Shown here piece by piece: positions 1 to 14,274 of a DNA stretch of 64,000 bases. The notes below the pieces were generated by a model. It did not search any database, was not told the DNA's origin, and saw only the letters and a program-made list of their open reading frames with translations. Numbering within the stretch: position 1 is the first letter of the stretch; every line of letters starts with the position of its first letter. The DNA comes from an uncultured Planctomycetia bacterium (GTDB lineage Bacteria > Planctomycetota > UBA8108), in assembly GCA_964615885.1 (NCBI GenBank), contig CAZTRG010000281.1, positions 66,535 through 130,534 on the forward strand, written 5' to 3'. The position numbers and the translations under genes were made by a program.

Positions 1-230
1 AGAACCCGCGCTGGGCGATGATCTGCTGCTACAACGCCGCCTCCAACGATCCCTATAAGGATTCTCACCACCCCGGCTATACGCCACTGTCGAAGGTTGA
101 TGATTCGCAGATCAAGGCGGTCGGGGTCAAGCGCTTCAGCGATGACGAATCCGACGTCGCCTGGCTCGAGGACGCCGAAGACCAGAGCGCCAGGAGTCTC
201 GATGGGGAAGAGCCCGCCGGGGATTCCTGA
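1..230 (+). CDS. 3' end of an upstream gene running off the window start; acidic C-terminal tail; product unknown
   Basis: The reading frame is open from nt 3 upstream of the ATG at 18 (…[15 protein letters not shown]…). It stops at 230. No recognisable domain. Confidence 0.3.
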   Translation, partial: NPRWAMICCYNAASNDPYKDSHHPGYTPLSKVDDSQIKAVGVKRFSDDESDVAWLEDAEDQSARSLDGEEPAGDS

Positions 231-264
231 GACCCATTCGACAAGTGCTGAGTTTTGAGCCCCG

Positions 265-296
265 GCAGGGGAGCACCTGCCCTGCTTTACTTATCT
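265..296 (+). terminator. Possible intrinsic terminator downstream of the truncated upstream gene
   Basis: Hairpin gcaggg(265-270), 9-nt loop, ccctgc(280-285), followed by the T-rich stretch tttacttatct. Confidence 0.35.
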
Positions 297-348
297 GCCA
301 GCAGGGTTAGACTACCGTGCATCAATCCAGTCCGGGAAGATCATCGCG

Positions 349-4071
<3,723 letters not shown>

Positions 4072-4098
4072 AGCGCCAGGCGGACCGCCAGGGCCTTC

Positions 4099-5307
4099 TC
4101 AGCCCTCCTGCGCGGACTCAGCGAGGTGGACGACCCTGTAGAGGTCCCGGAGCTCGCCGACACCGGCAATCATGTCCTTGACCGTGCCCCCGGTCTGGAA
4201 GTTGATCAGCGCCTTGGACAGGTAGGGTGCGACATCGATGACCGTCAGGCGCTTGCGGAGAATCTCGCTCTCGGCCAGGCGCTGATCAAGCCCTCCCCGG
4301 CTGTTGGTACAGATCAGCTCATCAAGGGGAGATTCAGCCAGCCGCTCATCGAAGCGGCCGTGGCTTTCAGAATCGAAACCATAGAAATGCGTAACCAGGC
4401 CAATCACCTTCTTGGCGCCTTTTTCCTTGGCTGCCTTGGCAGCCTGGAACATGGTGGAGCCCGAGCGCATCATGTCATCCAGTATGACGCCAACATGCCC
4501 CTCGACCTCACCGACAAAGTCGAGAACCTGTTTCTCATCAACCGAGCCCCTCACCCGCAGCTGGTGAACCGCGGCCTGCCCGGCAACCCATTCCGGGCTC
4601 ATGTTCTTGAAAAGCTCTTCCCGCATCCGGACGCCGCCATCATCGGGCGAGATGAGGATAAACTTTTCCCCCTGCTCGATAAACCGATGGTTGAGATAGT
4701 CGCTGAAGAGCGGCTCCATTTTCAGATGGTCGAAGCTGTCGAAGGCAATCTCGATCTGCTCGGCATGCAGCGATGTGACGATGATGTGGTTCATGCCGCG
4801 GCGGATCAGGTCGTCGGCGACATCCCTCACCGTGATCGGCTCCCGGCGCGCATGGGTCTTGTCCTGCGCCTGGTACCAGAGGCAGGGAACCACGAAGTTG
4901 ATCTGGCGCACCTTGCAGGTACGCTTCAGCGTCGAGAGAATTTTGAGCGCATTGGCGAGTGACACATCAGGGTCTTCGCCGTAGCCGACGGTGGCGATGA
5001 CATAGACATGCTTGCCACGCAGGTTCTCCTTCACGACAGCCTTCTTCTCGCCATCCCCGAAGGTCAGGATCTCAACGGGGACAAGGGGTTTGCCCAGGAT
5101 CCTCGCCATGGAATTGGCCAGCTCATCATCCGGCCTGACAGAGACGATTGAGAAAGCATCCCTCGCCCTGCGGTCCATGTCCCTCTTCAGCTCATCGCGG
5201 ACCCGGTCCTCGATGAATTGCTCGAGCCAGGAACGGAACTGGGGATCACCCTGCAGTTTTTCGAATTCCATCTGATTCAACTCGCTGAGGCGAGCCACTC
5301 CCTTCAC
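4099..5307 (-). CDS. Ribose-phosphate pyrophosphokinase (PRPP synthetase) family protein with a ~50-aa N-terminal extension and a divergent active-site motif
   Basis: N-terminal Prs domain (VYVIATVGYG…SLHAEQIEIAFD) plus PRTase domain (ILDDMMRSGSTM). Convergent with metH. Confidence 0.7.
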   Translation of the reverse strand: MKGVARLSELNQMEFEKLQGDPQFRSWLEQFIEDRVRDELKRDMDRRARDAFSIVSVRPDDELANSMARILGKPLVPVEILTFGDGEKKAVVKENLRGKHVYVIATVGYGEDPDVSLANALKILSTLKRTCKVRQINFVVPCLWYQAQDKTHARREPITVRDVADDLIRRGMNHIIVTSLHAEQIEIAFDSFDHLKMEPLFSDYLNHRFIEQGEKFILISPDDGGVRMREELFKNMSPEWVAGQAAVHQLRVRGSVDEKQVLDFVGEVEGHVGVILDDMMRSGSTMFQAAKAAKEKGAKKVIGLVTHFYGFDSESHGRFDERLAESPLDELICTNSRGGLDQRLAESEILRKRLTVIDVAPYLSKALINFQTGGTVKDMIAGVGELRDLYRVVHLAESAQEG

Positions 5308-5565
5308 GCGAACACTTCAGGAAAACACTTCAAACGCAAGAATCAAGATGAACTTATACCAGTTCTGCACCCACTGGCAAGAACTGTAGATGACAGATCT
5401 TGTTGGAAGTTTTTCTTGCTGTGGGGCCAGTTGTCTTTTCTCATAGTGGGCCGTAGCAGATAAACGAGGAGTCGTTGGCAAGATAGATCTCGGAAGGTTA
5501 TTCGTTGACCCTGGTGGCAACGGATTTTCACCCCCCGCGATTACAGTTTGAAAGGTGTGGAGTCG

Positions 5566-6395
5566 TTATGGAATTAGAGGTGGTATTTCTTGAGGATCCA
5601 GCCTGCAGTTGGTGCTGGGCATTTCAACCGGTAGAGACAACCTTTCTCTTTGAATGGGGAGAGCAGCTGCGCTGGCGCATGGTGATGGCCGGGCTCAGGG
5701 ATCATCCGGTCCCGGACGCAAGCCTCATTGTTCGCCACTGGGAGACCGGCAGCGAGGTTTCCGGGATGCCCTTTGAACCCGCGATCTGGAAGTCACACAT
5801 CCTGCAAAGCACCTTTGTAGCCTGCCGGGCCGTCAAGGCTGTCGCCGTCAGGAACGAGGAGGCCGCCCGCCGGCTCCTGCGCAGAATCCGTGAGGCCTTC
5901 TACGTCGAGCAAAAGAAAATTGATGAGCTGGATGTGATCTTTGAGCTCGCCGAGGAGCTCGGACTGAGCTCTGAAGACATCATTGAGCAGCTCTCAAACG
6001 GCCGCGCTGATGCGCTCTTCGACACCGACCGTGAGGACGGTTCGCGCTACGGCTTCGGCTTCCCGACCATCGTTATTCGCAGACCCACCATGGAAGAGCC
6101 CAAGGTCCTGCAGGGCTCAGTGCCCTACCGGGATCTGCTCGATGGCCTCTACGCAATGGGGGTCAATCACAAATCCCGCAAGCGCTTCCGGGGGACCGAC
6201 AGCGACTGGCGGCGACTGCTCGAGCTGCAGCCGCGGATCACCATGGCCGAGCTTCAGATGGTTACCAACATGAAACCCGGCGCCATCGAGAACCGGCTCA
6301 AGGCACTTGGTACCGTCAGGGAAGGCCCCTTCTACTGCCTGCCCCTGGAGGTACGCCAGGAGCAGGTCCTGATTCCCGAGGAGTTGACCTTCTAA
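5566..6395 (+). CDS. DsbA/FrnE-like thiol-disulfide oxidoreductase
   Basis: Thioredoxin-fold DsbA-like start MELEVVFLEDPACSWCW (CxxC). I chose the internal ATG at 5566; the ORF-track start is 5505. Confidence 0.7.
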
Positions 6396-6431
6396 CCGGG
6401 CCGGCTCATCTCGGAAGGCCATCTCAGATGG

Positions 6432-7475
6432 CTAGCCGGACTGGTTGCCGCTGTCGGGCTTCCCGCCTGTCTTCCAGGGGTCCTGCCTGAGAACATCCCG
6501 GATAGCCTGCTCGTTTTCTTCAACGGTGCGGTCCCCGGCATCTGCAGCGGCAGTTCCAAAGGTTCCACCGGGATAGAATTCTTCCTGCCGGGCGGTATAG
6601 GCCCCGCTTCGAAGATGGGCCAGTGGGTTGTGCCCAAGACGCTCTGAGCGGGCCTGGCGCAAGGAGCCGATATCAACTTCGGTGACGACGATCTTTTCAC
6701 CCGGCCCCGGGTCGGCCTGGGCGAGAATGCGGCCATCGTAATCAACCACCATGCTTCCCCCGGGCCAGGAAAAAGGCGGGTAGTTTTCCAGGCTGGCGCC
6801 CTGGTTGGAGGCCACCACGTAGGCCATATTCTCCAGGGCCCGGCTGCGATTGACGACCGTCCACCAGTCCATCGGCGGTGTCGCCCCCCAGGGGTCCATG
6901 TAGGCCGAAACCCGGATCAGGATCTCTGCCCCACCCAGGGCCAGCTCACGAATGGCCTCGGGATAGAGCCAGTCGTAACAGATCGCACAGCCGATATTGC
7001 CGATCTCTGTCCGGGCTACCGGAAAGAGCTCATCGCTGTAACCGGGAAGATCATGGGGGCTGGCATGCACCTCCCAGGGCAACCAGGGGTTGACCTTGCG
7101 GTACTTGTAGAGGATTCCCTCAGGGCCGACCAGGCAGGTCGTATTGAAAACGACTCCAGGCCAGGCGGGGTCCTTCTCGATGAAGCTGCCGGTCTGGATG
7201 TAAATTCCGTGCTCCCGGGCTTTCTTTTCATACCTCTCGGTGTGTTCACAGGGAAGCTCGACGGCGAGCTTTTCCCTCAATTCACCGGCGGTCGGATAGA
7301 CCGGCGCTGCATGAGCAAACTCGGGAAAAACCACCAGCCTGACCGGGTAGAAGGGCTTATATCCCACAACTGCGGAATCAACCATGCTGAGCATCCGGTC
7401 GACCCTGGAGGAGATCTCACTGCGGTCCCTGGGACAGGGAAAATCAGTCTGGCAGGCCGCGACTGCGTATTTCAT
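6432..7475 (-). CDS. Carbon-nitrogen hydrolase family protein (aliphatic amidase/formamidase-like)
   Basis: Nitrilase-superfamily layout with a conserved Cys region (GCAICYDWLYPE). VVFPEF motif. Confidence 0.8.
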   Translation of the reverse strand: MKYAVAACQTDFPCPRDRSEISSRVDRMLSMVDSAVVGYKPFYPVRLVVFPEFAHAAPVYPTAGELREKLAVELPCEHTERYEKKAREHGIYIQTGSFIEKDPAWPGVVFNTTCLVGPEGILYKYRKVNPWLPWEVHASPHDLPGYSDELFPVARTEIGNIGCAICYDWLYPEAIRELALGGAEILIRVSAYMDPWGATPPMDWWTVVNRSRALENMAYVVASNQGASLENYPPFSWPGGSMVVDYDGRILAQADPGPGEKIVVTEVDIGSLRQARSERLGHNPLAHLRSGAYTARQEEFYPGGTFGTAAADAGDRTVEENEQAIRDVLRQDPWKTGGKPDSGNQSG

Positions 7476-7798
7476 TGGAGAGCTCTGAAAGCTGCCGTAA
7501 ACAGGTAAAAAAAAACCAACAGGGTAGATATTGCCGCTGGAAGACTCTGCGTCAAGTCACCATTACTCAATTCAGGAGGGGCTGAACGGTCCCCCAGCCT
7601 CCCCTCAAGCTATTTTGGCAAGAAAGGCAGGAACCCGGCTCGTCATCGAGCCGCTTACTCTGTAAAATTGACGGTCCGGCGGACAGTATCACAAGCCCCG
7701 CCGGAGGGTCTCTATGCCGCCCTGGCGGTATCCGGAACGCTTCGACCCGGATCTTTAACCGCAGCCCGGAATATATCTTTAAAACATAAAGTACTGCC

Positions 7799-10700
7799 AT
7801 GCCTGATTTGAGCCATCTGCTTAAACACCTCCTGCTCGCCTCCTGTTGCCTGGCGATGCCCACGCTCAGTGCCCAGGTCGTTATCAACGAGATCCACTAC
7901 GAGCCGGAAAACAAAACCCAGGCAGAAGAGTTCATCGAGCTGCACAATGCCGCCGAGGAACCCGTCGACCTCTCAGGCTGGTATTTTTCCAATGGGATCT
8001 TCTTCAGGTTCCCCGATGGAACGGTGCTGGCCGGGGGCGGCTACCTGGTGGTCGCCGAGGATCCCGTGGTCCTGGCCCGGAACCTCTCGGTGCAGGACGC
8101 GCTGGGCCCCTGGGAGGGCCGCCTCGACAATAACGGGGAGACCCTGACCCTGCGCGATGCAAGCGGCTCACGGGTTGACGAGGTTGACTACCAGGCCGGC
8201 TTCCCCTGGCCCCTGGCCTCCCAGGGCAAGGGCAGCTCCATGGAGCTTCTCCAGCCCGGCAGCGACAACAACCTCGCCGGGAGCTGGAGGGCCTCGGGCC
8301 TCATCGAGCGCCCCTTCACCGAGCGGGTCTATTTCATCCGGGGAGAAAGCTCAGCCTGGCGTTACCGCCTGGGAACCTCGGAGGCTTCCAATCCACCCAA
8401 CCGGTGGCGAGAGGCCGGCTTTGCCCTCGATGGAAGCTGGCTCACCGGCCAGGCCTCCATCGGCTTCGGCGACAATGACGACAACACGGAGCTGGCGAAC
8501 ATGCGCAACTCCTACACCTCCATCTACATGCGGCACACCTTCACCATCGAGGATGCCTCGGGTATCCCCGATGCCCTGGTCCTGAACCAGTACTTCGACG
8601 ATGGTGCCATCGTCTGGATCAACGGCACCGAGGTGCTGCGCTACAACATGGAGGATGGCGAGCAGACCTTTGATGACGAGGCCCTCGGAGGCCGGGAGGC
8701 GCGGTGGATCCCGGTGGCCATACAGAACCCGCAGGCCTATTTCCGGACTGGGGAAAACCTCGTTGCCATCCACGCCTTCAACACCTCTCTGAACAGCTCC
8801 GACACCTCGGCCGACCTTGAGCTCTACTCTCCCGGAACCGAGGACGAAGAGCCCGGAGCCCTCCTGCCTCCCAGCCCCGGCCGGCGCAATACGGTCTTCT
8901 CCGGTAACCCCGGCCCCCAGGTGCGCCAGGTAGACCACAGCCCCGGGCAGCCGGCAGGCGATGAGCCCCTGCTGGTAACGGCGAAAATCACCGCTCCCCA
9001 GGGCGTCCTCCGGGCCAGCCTGAAATACCAGGTGGTCCGGCCCGGCAATTACATCCCGGCCTTCCTCGCCCACCCGCACAACATCCTGCTCTCCCAGCCA
9101 ACCAGGGCCCACGAACCCAACCCGGAGTTCGAGGACCCCGGCAACTGGACCTCCCTGCCAATGACAGACGATGGGCTTGGAGGAGATGAGACTGCCGCTG
9201 ATGGAGTCTTCTCTGCGCTGGTCCCCGGCCAGGCCCACAGAACCCTGCTGCGCTACCGAATCACCGCTACTGACAATCCCGGCGGCGAGGTAACCGTACC
9301 CTACAAGGATGACCCCTCGCTCAATTTTGCCGCCTTCTTCTACAACGGCGTCCCGGCCTATACCGCCTCAAGAGCATCGGTTCACCCCGGAGGCGCCGGG
9401 CACACCTACAGCGCTGAAGAAATGACCGCCCTGCCTGTCTACACCCTGGTTACCACGGCTGCTGACATGACCCACTGTGTCAACCTCACCGGCGGCTTCA
9501 ATATTCCCAAGTCGAATGAACCCGCCCGTGACCACTTCAACTGGGAGGGCGCCTTTGTTTACGACGGCGAGGTCTACGACCATGTCCGCTACCGGCTGCG
9601 CCAGGCCAACGACCGCTACGGAGGCAGCGGCAAGCGTTCGATGCGAATCCGCTTCCCCAAGGGCAACTACCTCAAGGCGCGGGACAACTACGGCAAGCGC
9701 TACCCGACACGCTGGCGAACTCTCAACACCGGCAAGATGTTTGACAATAAGCGGGTAGGCAACTTCGGCGTCACCGAGTCGATGAACTCACTCTTGTGGA
9801 ACATGACCGGGGTGCCGGCCCCCCATTTCAACACCTTCCACTTCCGGGTTCTCGATGGTGCCGACGAGGTTCCTGCGGGCAACAACGGCCAGTATCTCGG
9901 GGACTTCTGGGGCATGTATGTCGGCATCGAAGACTACGATCCGCGCTTCCTCGATGCCCACGGACTTGAAGACGGCAACCTCTACAAGCTCAAGGATGGC
10001 CAGTTCAACGGCAACGACCTGCGGCGCAACCAGGGCCGCGACGCCATCACCACCGATGCGGACTTCCAGAATATCCGGCGCAGCCTGCGCCCCCAGAGAA
10101 ACTCAGACTGGCTTGATGCCCACGTCAACTACGATAAGTGGTACCCCTACCATGCTGTCGTCGAGGGGATCCGCCATTACGACTTCCGCCCGGCGGACTC
10201 TCACTCCAAGAACCGGGCCTGGTATTTTGAGCCGGATGACCGGGGACCCTACGGCAGGCTCTGGACGATGCCCTGGGATTCTGACGCGAGCTGGGGGCCG
10301 AACTGGAACAGCGGGGTGGACTATACCAAGGATGCCATCTTCGGCGGCGGTGGTAAGCCGGAATACAAACAGAAATACCGCAACTTCCTGCGCGAGTTCC
10401 GCGACCTCATATGGACGCAGGAGGTGCTCAACCAGATGATTGATGATCTCGCCCAGAGGATCATGACCTTCTCCATGGCAGACCGTGATCGCTGGCGTAA
10501 CGCCCCCTCACAGGCCGGCCGGCAGGACTTCGGCTCCCTGGGAACGAAAATCAACGACATGAAACGCTTCGCCTTTACCGGCTGGAGCGGCTCAACCGGT
10601 CCGACGGTGCCGGCAGGCGGCCGGGCACGCCACCTTGATAACCTCGCCAACGCGGAGGGTGACCGTACCCGGATCCCGGCAACCCCGACCATCGTTTCCG

Positions 10701-11818
10701 GAGGGCCGGAGAACTTCCCCGCCAATGCCCTGCTCTTCAACACCCAGGGTTTTGAGGACCCCCAGGATGACGGCTTTGCTGCCATGAAATGGCGCCTCGG
10801 AGAGGTGACGCCAGCAAATGCCCCCTTCGATCCTGACAGGCGGCGCGTCTACGAATGGCCGGCCGTCTGGGAGCTCGAGACCGAGCAGTTCAGCTCCCTC
10901 CTGATGCTGCCCCGCAGCGCAGTTGAGGTCGGCAAGAGCTACCGGGTCCGGCTCAAGGTCAAGGATGACACCCAGCGCTGGAGCCACTGGTCGGCACCTG
11001 TTGAATTCACCGTCACGGCTCCGACCTCGCCCGACCTGGTGCAGTCCTCGCTCCGGATCACCGAGCTCATGTTCAATCCCAGCGGCGATGAAGGTTTTGA
11101 GTTCATCGAGATCCAGAATGTCGGCAACCAGGCCATTGACCTCAGCGAGGTTCACCTCAGCGAGGGGGTCGAGTTCTCCTTTGCCGGCTCCGAGGTCGAG
11201 GAGCTTGCGGCAGGCGAATATGTCCTCGTCCTCAGGAATGCGCCCGCCTTTGCATCCCGTTACGACACCACCGGCCTGCTCATCGCGGGAGAATACTCCG
11301 GCAGGTTGTCCAACGGCGGCGAACAGGTCACCCTCTCCTTCGGCAGCGCAGAAACCATTCTCGATTTTGAATACGATGACCAATGGTATCCGGCCGCAGA
11401 CGGCAAGGGGCTGTCCATCGTGATCCGTGACCCCCTGGCCCCGGTTGAGAGCTGGGGAGATCCCGCCTCCTGGCGGCTGAGCAATTCCCGTGACGGATCA
11501 CCCGGGAGGGAAGATGCTGAGAGCGGCGGGGGCAGCCAGCTGCCCGGCGACGTGGCCCAGGATAGCAGCCTGAACATTACCGACGCAGTGGTTCACCTGC
11601 GCCATCTCTTCGGCGGCGCAACCCGGCCGCTGCCCTGCGCCGACGGGGTCTTTGAACATCCCTCCAACCTGGCTCTCCTCGATGTCGATGGGGACGGGGA
11701 GGCCAACCTGACCGATGCTGTCTTTCTCCTGCTCTACCTCTTCAACAACGGAGCCCCCCCGGCGCTCGGTGTCGAGTGTGTAAGCCTGCCCGACTGCCCG
11801 GATGCCTGCGCGCCCTGA
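7799..11818 (+). CDS. Secreted multidomain protein: signal peptide, lamin-tail domain, CotH-like kinase-fold region, second lamin-tail domain, C-terminal dockerin-like repeats
   Basis: LTD consensus VINEIHYEP…EFIELHN…VDLSGW at the N-terminus and again at ~aa 1085 (ITELMFNPSGDEGFEFIEIQNVGNQAIDLSEV). The central region resembles CotH (NFGVTESMNSLLWNM…LYKLKDG). The C-terminus is LNITDAVVHLRHLFGG…DVDGDGEANLTDAVFLLLYLF. Confidence 0.7.
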   Translation: MPDLSHLLKHLLLASCCLAMPTLSAQVVINEIHYEPENKTQAEEFIELHNAAEEPVDLSGWYFSNGIFFRFPDGTVLAGGGYLVVAEDPVVLARNLSVQDALGPWEGRLDNNGETLTLRDASGSRVDEVDYQAGFPWPLASQGKGSSMELLQPGSDNNLAGSWRASGLIERPFTERVYFIRGESSAWRYRLGTSEASNPPNRWREAGFALDGSWLTGQASIGFGDNDDNTELANMRNSYTSIYMRHTFTIEDASGIPDALVLNQYFDDGAIVWINGTEVLRYNMEDGEQTFDDEALGGREARWIPVAIQNPQAYFRTGENLVAIHAFNTSLNSSDTSADLELYSPGTEDEEPGALLPPSPGRRNTVFSGNPGPQVRQVDHSPGQPAGDEPLLVTAKITAPQGVLRASLKYQVVRPGNYIPAFLAHPHNILLSQPTRAHEPNPEFEDPGNWTSLPMTDDGLGGDETAADGVFSALVPGQAHRTLLRYRITATDNPGGEVTVPYKDDPSLNFAAFFYNGVPAYTASRASVHPGGAGHTYSAEEMTALPVYTLVTTAADMTHCVNLTGGFNIPKSNEPARDHFNWEGAFVYDGEVYDHVRYRLRQANDRYGGSGKRSMRIRFPKGNYLKARDNYGKRYPTRWRTLNTGKMFDNKRVGNFGVTESMNSLLWNMTGVPAPHFNTFHFRVLDGADEVPAGNNGQYLGDFWGMYVGIEDYDPRFLDAHGLEDGNLYKLKDGQFNGNDLRRNQGRDAITTDADFQNIRRSLRPQRNSDWLDAHVNYDKWYPYHAVVEGIRHYDFRPADSHSKNRAWYFEPDDRGPYGRLWTMPWDSDASWGPNWNSGVDYTKDAIFGGGGKPEYKQKYRNFLREFRDLIWTQEVLNQMIDDLAQRIMTFSMADRDRWRNAPSQAGRQDFGSLGTKINDMKRFAFTGWSGSTGPTVPAGGRARHLDNLANAEGDRTRIPATPTIVSGGPENFPANALLFNTQGFEDPQDDGFAAMKWRLGEVTPANAPFDPDRRRVYEWPAVWELETEQFSSLLMLPRSAVEVGKSYRVRLKVKDDTQRWSHWSAPVEFTVTAPTSPDLVQSSLRITELMFNPSGDEGFEFIEIQNVGNQAIDLSEVHLSEGVEFSFAGSEVEELAAGEYVLVLRNAPAFASRYDTTGLLIAGEYSGRLSNGGEQVTLSFGSAETILDFEYDDQWYPAADGKGLSIVIRDPLAPVESWGDPASWRLSNSRDGSPGREDAESGGGSQLPGDVAQDSSLNITDAVVHLRHLFGGATRPLPCADGVFEHPSNLALLDVDGDGEANLTDAVFLLLYLFNNGAPPALGVECVSLPDCPDACAP

Positions 11819-11900
11819 GACCCGGCAGTTAACCGCCCCCGCTGCCGCCAGGCTCTTGCCCTCGTGGCCGGCCGGGATGTTAGAGTGAGAAGCAACCGCC

Positions 11901-12896
11901 ATGGACTCCTTCTTTAAACGCCACTGGTTTCTCCTTGGAATGGCTGCCGCCCTGGCCGCCGGCTATCTCCTTCCCCAGGGAGGGCAGAGCCTGCGCGAGA
12001 GCAGCTTTGCCATACCTCTGCTGGTAGCAGTGGTGCTCGGAATCTCTGGCTTCACACTGGACACCTCGCGGCTGCTGGCCCAGGCGAAGAACCTTTGGGC
12101 CGTCCTGCTCACCCTCGCAACGACCTATGCCGTTGCGCCGCTGGCAGCCTATGCCCTGGCGAAGGCCTGGGGTCCGGAGATCAGCGGCCCAGGATCGGAC
12201 GGAGCCTTCTTTCTCGAGGCGATGATGATTCTTGCAGCACAGGCCGGCACCCTGGCCTCTGCCCTGGCCATGACCTCGATTGCACGAGGCAACCAGGAGC
12301 TCGCTCTTCTTCTCACCGTCCTGTCGAGCATCCTCACTGCCGTCCTGACCCCCCTGGTCCTGGAGCTCTCCCTCGGAGAGATCGTCGAGGTACCTTTTGC
12401 CAGGATCATGATGAGAATTACCTGGGTCGTGGTCCTGCCGGTATTTGCCGGGCAAATCGCCCGGAGGTTGCTCTGGCAGCAGGCCCAGGGAGCTCTTCCT
12501 GCTCTCAGGATCCTTCCCCGGCTCATCATTCTCTCCTTTCTCTACACCGGCTTCTGCGCTGCAACCGCCCGGCTCGGCGAGGCTCCGGACCTGGCGCTCA
12601 GGTTCCTCGGTGCCTGCCTGTGCCTGCACCTCGCCCTCCTGGCGTGGACCTGGCTCTCATCCCGGGCCATGGGAATGCCCCCGGAAAACCGCACAGCGGT
12701 GATCCTCTGTGGCAGCCAGAAGACCCTTCCTAACGGGATCTATATCTGGACGAAGTTCTTTGCCGCGAACCCCTACGGGGCCCTGCCCCTGGCCCTCTAC
12801 CACGTGGTCCAGCTGCTGGTAGACACCCTGCTCCTGCGGCGACTGGAAGCAGCGAACAGGCCCACGGCAGAGAGCTCTGCGGAAGCCTCCGATTAA
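11901..12896 (+). CDS. Polytopic membrane transporter, SBF-like/BASS-superfamily (tentative)
   Basis: 331 aa with about 9-10 hydrophobic segments. The size and topology resemble bile-acid:Na+ symporter / SBF-like CPA transporters. No diagnostic motif was confirmed. Confidence 0.45.
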   Translation: MDSFFKRHWFLLGMAAALAAGYLLPQGGQSLRESSFAIPLLVAVVLGISGFTLDTSRLLAQAKNLWAVLLTLATTYAVAPLAAYALAKAWGPEISGPGSDGAFFLEAMMILAAQAGTLASALAMTSIARGNQELALLLTVLSSILTAVLTPLVLELSLGEIVEVPFARIMMRITWVVVLPVFAGQIARRLLWQQAQGALPALRILPRLIILSFLYTGFCAATARLGEAPDLALRFLGACLCLHLALLAWTWLSSRAMGMPPENRTAVILCGSQKTLPNGIYIWTKFFAANPYGALPLALYHVVQLLVDTLLLRRLEAANRPTAESSAEASD

Positions 12897-12911
12897 GCGA
12901 CGCTGAGCTGC

Positions 12912-13664
12912 CTACTTCTTGCCCTCAGCGTACTGCTCGCTGATTCTCCGGTAGTAGCTCCGGATGATCTCGAGGTACTCCGAGGGGGCGGTCTTGGGAT
13001 TGACCGAGCCGATGGCATCGCGAATCTTGGGAGGCAGGAGCCCCCATTTCTTTCCTTTGCGAACCCGGTCGGCCAGCTCGCCGGAGGAGTTGTCCGGCTT
13101 CTGCCCATCGCCGGCCTTGGTGTTTTCAACCTTGCCGGGCTGTTCCTGGCCGTCCTTGCCATTGGCCTTAGCCTGCTGCTCTTTCTGCTGCTGAGCTTCC
13201 TGCTGCTGACGGGAGGACTTGACCTGGTCCTGGTTCTTTCTCGGAGAGCCCTGCCCGGGCTTCTTGTCCTTGCCCTGCTTCTGCTGGCTGGAATTCTGGC
13301 TGGCCTGCTGGGATTGCCCGCCGCTGCCACTGCTGCAGCGACTGCACTCCTCGGCAATCTTCTCGATGAGCTGGTTCATTTTCTGAACCACTTCCTTCTG
13401 CTGCTTCTGGGTAGCCCCACCGGTCTTCTTGCCGGCCAGGTCCTTCTGGATCTCATCCAGCATACGGCGGATCTCATCGAGGTTCTGCTTGCCCTCTTTG
13501 ATGACCTTGGCCTGCTGGGGATCGCCGCGCGGGACATCAGCCCCATCTACCTGGGGACGGGCCTTCTTGCCGGTCTCCGCCTCGCGCTCAGCAAGCACCG
13601 CAGGCAAAGAAAAGAACGCCGCCAGGAAAAGGACTGAGAAAGCAGCCCGGGTAAAAACGCTCAT
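12912..13664 (-). CDS. Secreted low-complexity Gln/Lys-rich protein, unknown function
   Basis: Signal peptide MSVFTRAAFSVLFLAAFFSLPAVLA, then a long Q/K/G-rich region and a conserved-looking C-terminus (GLLPPKIRDAIG…YYRRISEQY). I chose the internal ATG; the ORF track extends to 13712. Confidence 0.5.
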   Translation of the reverse strand: MSVFTRAAFSVLFLAAFFSLPAVLAEREAETGKKARPQVDGADVPRGDPQQAKVIKEGKQNLDEIRRMLDEIQKDLAGKKTGGATQKQQKEVVQKMNQLIEKIAEECSRCSSGSGGQSQQASQNSSQQKQGKDKKPGQGSPRKNQDQVKSSRQQQEAQQQKEQQAKANGKDGQEQPGKVENTKAGDGQKPDNSSGELADRVRKGKKWGLLPPKIRDAIGSVNPKTAPSEYLEIIRSYYRRISEQYAEGKK

Positions 13665-13872
13665 CGTTAACTCCCGAAATATAAAAGTCGCTCCAGGCAG
13701 GCTAAAGAACAACCCGCCCGACCTTCAAACATCCTACTACCGCCGGCCCTTGCGAGCCAGAGTTTTCGGGCTCACCAGGGCGCCAGGCAGTCCCGTTACC
13801 GGAATCAGTACCCGCAGCAAAGGTGTAAATTCTCCCCCGGTAAGCCTGGAAACCACTGAAAACAGGGCTTTC

Positions 13873-14274
13873 CTACTCATCGAGCTTGATCATGGATTCA
13901 AGATCGAGGTCGTCTTCCTCGCCGCGAACCAGCAGCAGAATGGCCGCATGGGGGACGATCAGATAGGGCGCTCCTTCAAACTCGATCTCAACAGCAGCGT
14001 TACGTAGAAAGAGGGCCATGTCGCCAACCTCGGCCTCCATGGGTACGTAGGTGGTCTTGGCTTCATGCAGCTTCCAGGGCTCTTCACCGAACTCTGAAGG
14101 GGCCTGCACCGGCGTACCCGGGCCCACCTCGACAATCCGGCCGCTCTGCACCTCCATCTTGTCCACAGCAGACTGGGGCAACAGCAAGCCTACGCGCGTA
14201 CGGTCCTCCCCTTCCTGGGGCGTAACAAGGACCCTGTCGCCTACAACAACCAGTTTTTTACCCTTGGCTTCCAT
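13873..14274 (-). CDS. GroES (Cpn10) family co-chaperonin-like protein with a ~35-aa internal insertion; no groEL adjacent
   Basis: KKLVVVGDRVLV…GLLLP…GRIVEVGPG matches the GroES beta-barrel and mobile-loop layout. The start may be the upstream ATG at 14328. Confidence 0.55.
   Translation of the reverse strand: MEAKGKKLVVVGDRVLVTPQEGEDRTRVGLLLPQSAVDKMEVQSGRIVEVGPGTPVQAPSEFGEEPWKLHEAKTTYVPMEAEVGDMALFLRNAAVEIEFEGAPYLIVPHAAILLLVRGEEDDLDLESMIKLDE

Noticed and set aside
8351-9238. 295-aa minus-strand ORF inside the CotH-like gene, and similar ORFs at 10592-11383 and 52432-53292
   Set aside because: They are antisense shadows of long, well-supported genes.
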